Below are positions 1 to 4,920 of a stretch of DNA of 35,488 bases, one piece after another (the stretch's first letter is position 1; every line of letters starts with the position of its first letter). The notes under the pieces were generated by a model, which made no database searches, was not told where the DNA came from, and worked only from the letters and a program-made list of their open reading frames with translations. The stretch comes from a virus (lineage: Duplodnaviria > Caudoviricetes). Position numbers and translations under genes: made by a program. Location: the IMG/VR virus record IMGVR_UViG_3300005805_000241, positions 1-35,488 of that record. One strand, 5' to 3'.

Positions 1-27
1 TCAGTTCACCACACCACTCCGATGAAC
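1..27 (+). repeat. Leader/start repeat, copy 1 (TCAGTTCACCACACCACTCCGATGAAC)
   Basis: Identical 27-mer at 911-937; both copies contain the ATG of a different gene. Confidence 0.95.
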
Positions 28-690
28 GTTTCCCTCACCATGGTCTCTAGCAATGCTAAGACCGGTCCTATCCCCACCACTACCTCAGAGCGTTCTACAT
101 GCTGGACAGGTTGCGCCTTTTACGATAAAGGTTGCTACGCTAAGTCCGGCCCGCAAGCGTTACATTGGCGCAAGGTATCTGAGGGCGAACGTGGTTACGT
201 ATGGTCTGAATTTATCGGTGCTATTCGTAACATTCAGCGTGGGCAAATTTGGCGCCACAATGTAAGTGGTGACCTGCCACACATTCTGGGTGACATTAAC
301 CCTAATATGCTGCAACAGTTAGTGACAGCAAACAAAGGTCGCCGTGGGTATACTTATACTCACCACCCTTTGAATGCTCACAACGTTAAGATTCTGCAGG
401 ATGCTAACACTGCAGGGTTCACCATTAACGCTAGCACTGAGAGCGTAGAAGTTGCTGATAAAGTAATGACAGAGCACGGAATTCCTGCCGTTGCTGTTGT
501 TCACTCTGACAAGACTGATAGATTCTACAAGACAGAATCAGGTCGTAAAGTGATCACATGCCCTGCAACAATCCACGATAACGTAACATGCGCCACGTGT
601 GGTTTGTGTCAGGTAGCGGATCGTGAGTTTATCATTGCATTCCCTGCACATGGCACTGCAAAGAAAACAGTTAACGCCATTGTAGGTTAA
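22..690 (+). CDS. Cys-rich putative Fe-S protein (Gp88/DUF7227-like phage protein, possibly radical-SAM-related)
   Basis: 222-aa ORF with N-terminal CWTGC-x6-CYA, central RHNVSGD and YTYTH, and C-terminal CPA-x7-CATCGLC; preceded by the repeated leader at 1-21 and followed by a terminator hairpin. Confidence 0.6.
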   Translation: MNVSLTMVSSNAKTGPIPTTTSERSTCWTGCAFYDKGCYAKSGPQALHWRKVSEGERGYVWSEFIGAIRNIQRGQIWRHNVSGDLPHILGDINPNMLQQLVTANKGRRGYTYTHHPLNAHNVKILQDANTAGFTINASTESVEVADKVMTEHGIPAVAVVHSDKTDRFYKTESGRKVITCPATIHDNVTCATCGLCQVADREFIIAFPAHGTAKKTVNAIVG

Positions 691-696
691 CACTTA

Positions 697-722
697 GGGG
701 GCACAATCCGCCCCCCTTTTTT
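697..722 (+). terminator. Intrinsic terminator
   Basis: GGGGGC-acaatcc-GCCCCC followed by CTTTTTT, 6 nt after the stop at 690. Confidence 0.75.
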
Positions 723-811
723 ATACTTTTGACGCCATTATTTTATGGCAGGTTAGGTGTCGATCATTGTCGTCTACGGTGATACCCCTCACCTCATCTG
801 ATTGTCCCCAT

Positions 812-847
812 ATTCTACAGGCCACCCTGACCCATAAAACCGCCAGA
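812..847 (-). promoter_or_regulatory. Divergent (minus-strand) promoter candidate, -10 TAGAAT
   Basis: ATTCTA at 812-817 reads TAGAAT on the minus strand, exactly 30 nt from the left edge of the 848-870 motif and mirroring the plus-strand -10; -35 poor. Confidence 0.5.
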
Positions 848-906
848 GTGGACAGTGCGCAAGGTGGCACAACCTGGTGGCATGGTTCTCCGTTTGCCCC
901 CATAAT
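848..906 (+). promoter_or_regulatory. Early-type promoter: 23-bp quasi-palindrome plus sigma70-like -35/-10
   Basis: GTGGACAG-N9-TGGCAC (848-870), 7 nt, TGGCAT (878-883), 17 nt, CATAAT (901-906). Confidence 0.75.
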
Positions 907-910
907 GGCA

Positions 911-937
911 TCAGTTCACCACACCACTCCGATGAAC
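911..937 (+). repeat. Leader/start repeat, copy 2
   Basis: Identical to 1-27. Confidence 0.95.
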
Positions 938-1192
938 CTGCATTCAATCGTTCGCGCCAACATTCGCTGCCATCTGATCAACGGTGGCGATCAGACATGC
1001 TCTGAGATCGTTCGCGCCATGGGTTTAAACCCTGCAAAGCACAAGGGCACCATTCACGCCCTGATGGTTGATATGGAACGTGAGGGCATCCTAGGCGCCA
1101 CACGTTCCGCCAACGGCAAGCGCGATCGGTGGTTCATCTGGACTAACAAGATCCGCAAGCGTGACCGTCTCATCGCCGCTCTGGCGTTCTGA
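932..1192 (+). CDS. Small winged helix-turn-helix-like DNA-binding protein (86 aa)
   Basis: Start moved from track 767 to ATG 932, which lies downstream of the promoter in the same leader as the gene at 22; TCSEIVRAMGL...GTIHALMVDMEREGIL...RWF fits a wHTH pattern. Confidence 0.6.
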   Translation: MNLHSIVRANIRCHLINGGDQTCSEIVRAMGLNPAKHKGTIHALMVDMEREGILGATRSANGKRDRWFIWTNKIRKRDRLIAALAF

Positions 1193-1239
1193 TACAATCA
1201 AAGGGGGCAGCAATGCCCCCCACCTCTCCCATCATCACC
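1190..1239 (+). promoter_or_regulatory. Extended -10 + stem-loop + C-rich leader (PeSL-like junction)
   Basis: TGA-TACAAT (1190-1198), hairpin GGGGGCA-GCAA-TGCCCCC (1203-1220), then ACCTCTCCCATCATCACC-ATG. Confidence 0.6.
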
Positions 1240-1386
1240 ATGCACCGCTTTCCCTTCCTATTCTGCCTCTTGTCTGTTCTGATCGGACTGCGCACGCTAA
1301 ATGCCATGGCAACCGTTGATCCTAGCATGGATGCCGCCGCCGATCGTATTTGTATCACCCGCCCCTCTGTTTGTGGTTTGAAATGA
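1240..1386 (+). CDS. Small membrane/secreted peptide, 48 aa (not in ORF track)
   Basis: MHRFPFLFCLLSVLIGLRTLNAMATVDPSMDAAADRICITRPSVCGLK; hydrophobic N-terminus and a C-terminal Cys pair; ATGA overlap with the next ORF. Confidence 0.6.
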   Translation: MHRFPFLFCLLSVLIGLRTLNAMATVDPSMDAAADRICITRPSVCGLK

Positions 1387-1496
1387 AAACCTTAGGAATC
1401 ATCGCCGTTTTTGTTATTTTGTGGCAACCTATGGCACCTATTAGACACGTTACAGCAACAGTGCTACATACAGTTGCAAACACAATCGAACCATAA
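1383..1496 (+). CDS. Small membrane peptide, 37 aa (not in ORF track)
   Basis: MKTLGIIAVFVILWQPMAPIRHVTATVLHTVANTIEP; 4-nt ATGA overlap suggests translational coupling. Confidence 0.55.
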   Translation: MKTLGIIAVFVILWQPMAPIRHVTATVLHTVANTIEP

Positions 1497-1497
1497 A

Positions 1498-1533
1498 ATC
1501 TAGTCGAGATGCGCATCTAGTCGAGATGCGCAT
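1498..1533. repeat. Tandem 17-bp repeat of a palindromic unit (ATCTAGTCGAGATGCGC x2)
   Basis: Copies at 1498-1514 and 1515-1531; the junction AGATGCGCATCT (1507-1518) is a perfect palindrome. Confidence 0.95.
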
Positions 1534-1552
1534 ACATCATTCAATCAATCAA

Positions 1553-1708
1553 ATGAACAAACAAATTAATTCAATTGGTTTCACGATTAAGTTTCAATCA
1601 CCATACAATAATTGTGAATGGCGCACACAATCATTCACCACAAAAGAAGAAGCAGAGAGAATGATAGCATTCTATCGTTCTTGTGGTTCACCCGCTAACT
1701 TTATCTGA
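1553..1708 (+). CDS. Hypothetical phage protein, 51 aa
   Basis: MNKQINSIGFTIKFQSPYNNCEWRTQSFTTKEEAERMIAFYRSCGSPANFI; ATG 1553 preferred because track start 1526 lies inside the tandem repeat. Confidence 0.7.
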   Translation: MNKQINSIGFTIKFQSPYNNCEWRTQSFTTKEEAERMIAFYRSCGSPANFI

Positions 1709-1717
1709 GGAAAACAA

Positions 1718-1843
1718 ATGTTCGGTCGTTGGATTCACAAAGACGGCAAATCACGCCCTGATCGTAGATTCAAAAACGTAAAATCACAAGCAAAGACTAA
1801 CGGAGCAAAGAAAGCAGCAAACACAAGAAAGAAGAAGAAATAA
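1718..1843 (+). CDS. Very basic small protein, 41 aa (not in ORF track)
   Basis: GAGG at 1707-1710, 7 nt before ATG; MFGRWIHKDGKSRPDRRFKNVKSQAKTNGAKKAANTRKKKK. Confidence 0.65.
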   Translation: MFGRWIHKDGKSRPDRRFKNVKSQAKTNGAKKAANTRKKKK

Positions 1844-1847
1844 TTCT

Positions 1848-1957
1848 TGATTCTTTATACTTACCACTGAGTATAAAGAATCACTCAGGATTGAATGTAA
1901 TTTATTGTCAGTGGTGTGGTTTATTCTTTACATTCAGTCCTGTCTAATTCTTTATAC
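1848..1957. ncRNA. Candidate structured RNA/DNA element: two long hairpins with complementary loops
   Basis: Stem1 1848-1861/1870-1883 (14 bp, perfect); stem2 1886-1900/1928-1942 (15 bp, one G-U); loop1 TACCACTG complementary to CAGTGGTG (1909-1916) in loop2. Confidence 0.55.
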
Positions 1958-1969
1958 AAACTGCCCCTT

Positions 1970-2028
1970 GTGCCAATCGGCAGACTGTCCACAACCCCCT
2001 TGTGCAATCCGCCGATCTGAGCGAATCT
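1970..2028 (+). promoter_or_regulatory. Second copy of the 23-bp motif (inverted) with promoter-like spacing
   Basis: GTGCCA-N9-CTGTCCAC (1970-1992), 7 nt, TTGTGC (2000-2005), 17 nt, weak -10 GAATCT (2023-2028). Confidence 0.6.
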
Positions 2029-2055
2029 ATGGGGGTCAACCACACACCTGACACC

Positions 2056-2265
2056 ATGACCGCCAAGACCGTCACCCTGACCTTGACCGCTGATGAGGTT
2101 GATTCGATCCGCACTGCGTTGGTAGATTCTGCCTGCGCTTGGCATCAAAACTGGCGCGATGCCACAGAAGGCGTCCGCACCGATCTCATCCCCGAAGCGT
2201 GCCGGCAGATCAACCGCCGCCAGTGGAGCCTTTATCATCAGATCGGTTCACAGATCGGCGCCTGA
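2056..2265 (+). CDS. Hypothetical protein, 69 aa
   Basis: MTAKTVTLTLTADEVDSIRTALVD...; ATG 2056 follows the C/A-rich leader CAACCACACACCTGACACC; track start 2002 overlaps the promoter. Confidence 0.7.
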   Translation: MTAKTVTLTLTADEVDSIRTALVDSACAWHQNWRDATEGVRTDLIPEACRQINRRQWSLYHQIGSQIGA

Positions 2266-2267
2266 TC

Positions 2268-2326
2268 TGGTACAATTAAGGGGCATCCGACAGGGTGCCC
2301 TGTTCACACCACACCACACCCGACCC
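2268..2326 (+). promoter_or_regulatory. Extended -10 + stem-loop + C/A-rich leader (PeSL-like junction)
   Basis: TGG-TACAAT (2268-2276), hairpin GGGCATCC-GACA-GGGTGCCC (2281-2300), then GTTCACACCACACCACACCCGACCC-ATG. Confidence 0.65.
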
Positions 2327-2671
2327 ATGGCAACCCTTTTCTCACAGCGCATCGATCTTTCTGAGGGGCACAAGGGCGTCACCCTTTACAATCGCTCCCG
2401 GAATCAGGATATCTACACTGTAGGATTCTCAAGCGTTACAATCAAACACAGTGCAAAGCGTGGCGCACCTGAGTTAATCGAATCCGATCCGATTAAAGGC
2501 AACCTTTATATTGCAGGCGACGCTTACGATACATTTGATGTATGGGCGCAAGTTAGGATTGCTGATTCTGCTGCGGGTATCTCTGGTCTTTCTAAGTGCA
2601 TTGCAGAGGATTGTGAGTCCTTTGATGAGGCAATCGTTGCTGCGTTTGCTTACCTTAGCAACGCACAGTAG
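2327..2671 (+). CDS. Hypothetical protein, 114 aa
   Basis: MATLFSQRIDLSEGHKG...AFAYLSNAQ; start set at the ATG after the leader rather than track start 2159. Confidence 0.7.
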   Translation: MATLFSQRIDLSEGHKGVTLYNRSRNQDIYTVGFSSVTIKHSAKRGAPELIESDPIKGNLYIAGDAYDTFDVWAQVRIADSAAGISGLSKCIAEDCESFDEAIVAAFAYLSNAQ

Positions 2672-2710
2672 GTTACACTTAGGGGGAGCAATCCTCCCCC
2701 TTCCTTATAC
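2668..2710 (+). repeat. Gene-end hairpin repeat, second copy of 682-726; probable terminator
   Basis: GTAGGTTACACTTAGGGGGAGCAATCCTCCCCCTTCCTTATAC versus GTAGGTTAACACTTAGGGGGCACAATCCGCCCCCCTTTTTTATAC. Confidence 0.8.
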
Positions 2711-2934
2711 ACTCTGGGTGCGTTATGGCAGGGTAACGCCGCCGTTTTATGCCGATGGCGTCGATCCATGCGGTTATAAAACGCAACACTACCCTAACCT
2801 ACAAAGTGTTACACAAGACCTCAATATATCTCATAAAAAGCAAAAAAATCCGGTGGTCATAAAAAATTCTCCCAGGGTCGTCAAAAAACGAAAAGTAATA
2901 TATAATGTGAAAAAACAAAAAGTCATATGTTAAG

Positions 2935-3114
2935 ATGAAAAAAAATTCCGGAGATAACATTACAACTGTAGAGGTTGATACAGTATCGGGCGAATATTAT
3001 GTTACACTACCCGAATGGATGACTACAGAGTTATCCTGGTATGAAGGAACAGAAGTTTCGATGGTACTTGAAGGCAATGAGATTGTAATTAAAGAGGTAA
3101 GTTATGAACGATAA
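2935..3114 (+). CDS. AbrB/MazE/SpoVT-like swapped-hairpin DNA-binding protein, 59 aa (not in ORF track)
   Basis: MKKNSGDNITTVEVDTVSGEYYVTLPEWMTTELSWYEGTEVSMVLEGNEIVIKEVSYER; VTLP-x6-L-x4-G-x-EV...G-x-EIVIK signature. Confidence 0.7.
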   Translation: MKKNSGDNITTVEVDTVSGEYYVTLPEWMTTELSWYEGTEVSMVLEGNEIVIKEVSYER

Positions 3115-3301
3115 ACTGTATCATATCTACGCAAAACAGAAGTGTTTATATCACAATTTAAGCAAGGAAGAATTTGAGAATACATGGAAGATGATTCACA
3201 ATTTTTTATCTGTCATTGATTCCGAATCAGTCACTGTAAAAAAAGAGGATCTTTCCTATGAGGAAGTAATTCTTGACAAATCAGTGATTGTTGACCATTG
3301 A
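3104..3301 (+). CDS. Hypothetical protein, 65 aa (paralog of 4123-4299)
   Basis: GAGGT SD upstream; overlaps the previous ORF; LYHIYAKQKCLYHNLSKEEF. Confidence 0.75.
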   Translation: MNDKLYHIYAKQKCLYHNLSKEEFENTWKMIHNFLSVIDSESVTVKKEDLSYEEVILDKSVIVDH

Positions 3302-3311
3302 CACGGAGAGA

Positions 3312-3340
3312 TTGACAATCACTATATAATACGTTATGAT
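3312..3340 (+). promoter_or_regulatory. Near-consensus sigma70-type promoter
   Basis: TTGACA (3312-3317), 17 nt, TATGAT (3335-3340); 22 nt before ATG 3363. Confidence 0.85.
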
Positions 3341-3362
3341 ACTGAAGTAATTCATTCAATTT

Positions 3363-4121
3363 ATGGCTAAAGGATTCACCGTAAAGGCAAAAGCGCCTGC
3401 CGTAACTAATTCTACTATTGAGTGGGATTATGATGCTGCAAAAGAAATGGTTAGGGGTAAATCAATTGTATTTTGTTTACCTGGAAGAAATGTTTCATAT
3501 ATTTTCTTGAAGAATTTTGTACAACTTTGTTTTGATCTTGTGCAAGCAGGGGCAAGTATTCAAATTTCTCAAGATTATTCATCAATGGTAAACTTTGCAC
3601 GTTGTAAGTGTTTAGGTGCCAATGTTCTTCGTGGACCAGATCAAGTACCTTGGGATGGTAAATTAAATTATGATTGGCAACTTTGGATTGATTCTGATAT
3701 TGTTTTCAATTCAAATTCATTTTGGCAATTAGTTTTAATGGAGAAGGATATTGCCGCTGGTTGGTATTGTACTGAGGATGGTCAAACAACTTCAGTAGCA
3801 CACTGGTTAGAGGAGGATGATTTTCGTAGTAATGGTGGAGTGATGAATCATGAGACCATTGAAACAATTTCAAAGCGTAAGAAACCATTTACAGTTGATT
3901 ACACTGGATTTGGTTGGTTACTAATTAAGAAAGGAGTTTTCGAACATTCTGAAATGAAGTATCCTTGGTTTGCTCCCAAGATGCAAGTATTTGAATCTGG
4001 TGATGTACAGGATATGTGCGGAGAAGATGTGAGTTTCTGTTTGGATGCAAAGGAAGCAGGTTTTGAAATTTGGTGTGATCCTCGTATTAGAGTTGGACAC
4101 GAAAAGACAAGAATTATTTGA
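3363..4121 (+). CDS. GT-A fold (GT2-like) glycosyltransferase-like conserved cyanophage protein
   Basis: 252 aa; LWIDSDIVF (DxD), DIAAGWY, VDYTGFGWLLIKKGVFE, GEDVSFC, IWCDPRIRVGHEK. Confidence 0.75.
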   Translation: MAKGFTVKAKAPAVTNSTIEWDYDAAKEMVRGKSIVFCLPGRNVSYIFLKNFVQLCFDLVQAGASIQISQDYSSMVNFARCKCLGANVLRGPDQVPWDGKLNYDWQLWIDSDIVFNSNSFWQLVLMEKDIAAGWYCTEDGQTTSVAHWLEEDDFRSNGGVMNHETIETISKRKKPFTVDYTGFGWLLIKKGVFEHSEMKYPWFAPKMQVFESGDVQDMCGEDVSFCLDAKEAGFEIWCDPRIRVGHEKTRII

Positions 4122-4122
4122 T

Positions 4123-4299
4123 ATGACGAACAAGTCTCACGAACTTTATAATATCTATTGTAAAGGACGTAAAATCTATTCATCTCTTACAGAGGAAGAA
4201 TACTTTAATATTATGGATGATCTGTCGATTGAATATTATCAGACAGGTTCTCCATCCCCTGATGAAATTTACACTGAAATGGTTGAAAATTATGGCTAA
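4123..4299 (+). CDS. Hypothetical protein, 58 aa
   Basis: ATG 1 nt after the previous stop; LYNIYCKGRKIYSSLTEEEY. Confidence 0.75.
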   Translation: MTNKSHELYNIYCKGRKIYSSLTEEEYFNIMDDLSIEYYQTGSPSPDEIYTEMVENYG

Positions 4300-4441
4300 G
4301 TCTAAATCTGTTGCAGGTAAGACCAGTTCTTATAGTCCTGGTCCGCCTAAGAAATCTCGCCAAGGACTTGGCGGGGGAACTAAATATGCGGCAACATCAC
4401 GTAATGGCGCACGTAAAAAGTATCGTGGGCAAGGAAAATAA
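4292..4441 (+). CDS. Basic Gly/Lys/Arg-rich small protein, 49 aa
   Basis: MAKSKSVAGKTSSYSPGPPKKSRQGLGGGTKYAATSRNGARKKYRGQGK; 8-nt overlap with the upstream ORF. Confidence 0.75.
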   Translation: MAKSKSVAGKTSSYSPGPPKKSRQGLGGGTKYAATSRNGARKKYRGQGK

Positions 4442-4901
4442 AATAGAAGAAGACCTTGAACAATGGATTTCTGAAATTCAACGTTCAAATCCAGACCTGG
4501 GCGGATTTTCAATCTGCCCTTTTGCAAAAAATAATACTTATAAGATCGTAAAGACTTCTATTCACGACATCAAACCTCTCTCTGAGACTTATGGTGTCGT
4601 GATTTTTGTTGTTGAGGACGATTTAGATCTCGATTTTGCTCGTCTTAAACTAAAACAACTAAATGCAAAGTATCCAAAGTATAAATTTTTTGATGATTTT
4701 AGGGATGAACCTAGTTTTATTGGAAACACTCAAACAAATAATGGAAAATATAACCTAATTTTGTATCAAGATAGTGAATTTTTATCAAAATTACGTCAAA
4801 TGTTGACAAAAACCAATTATTATGACCATTGGGACGACAAATATCTTCAACAAATACTTGAAAATGACTATGAAATGGTAAAAAAGATAAGAAATAAATA
4901 G
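4425..4901 (+). CDS. Hypothetical protein with N-terminal CPFA motif (DUF1415-like); start uncertain
   Basis: In-frame GTG at 4425 preferred over track start 4311; W...LGGFSICPFAK, C-terminal L-x2-T-x-YY-x2-W. Confidence 0.6.
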   Translation: MGKENKIEEDLEQWISEIQRSNPDLGGFSICPFAKNNTYKIVKTSIHDIKPLSETYGVVIFVVEDDLDLDFARLKLKQLNAKYPKYKFFDDFRDEPSFIGNTQTNNGKYNLILYQDSEFLSKLRQMLTKTNYYDHWDDKYLQQILENDYEMVKKIRNK

Positions 4902-4920
4902 ATTTTTTAATTTTAGGCAC

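Noticed and set aside
53-903. Track ORFs 53-265 (+), 319-504 (-) and 721-903 (-)
   Set aside because: They lie inside or opposite the better-supported 22-690 gene or span the promoter/repeat region; no protein-like motifs
767-931. N-terminal extension of ORF 767-1192 (likewise the track starts at 1526, 2002, 2159, 4045, 4217 and 4311)
   Set aside because: The extensions run through promoters, repeats or upstream genes; downstream starts fit the shared leaders or coupled overlaps
1100-1350. HIP1 (GCGATCGC) enrichment as a host signature
   Set aside because: Only CGATCG cores were seen and I spotted no full octamer; this would need counting
1498-1533. Mini CRISPR array
   Set aside because: Only two abutting 17-bp units, no spacer and no cas gene in the window
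1170-2933. Track ORFs 1170-1358 (-), 1921-2238 (-) and 2511-2933 (+)
   Set aside because: Shadows of real + strand genes, or a read-through across a terminator hairpin and A-tracts
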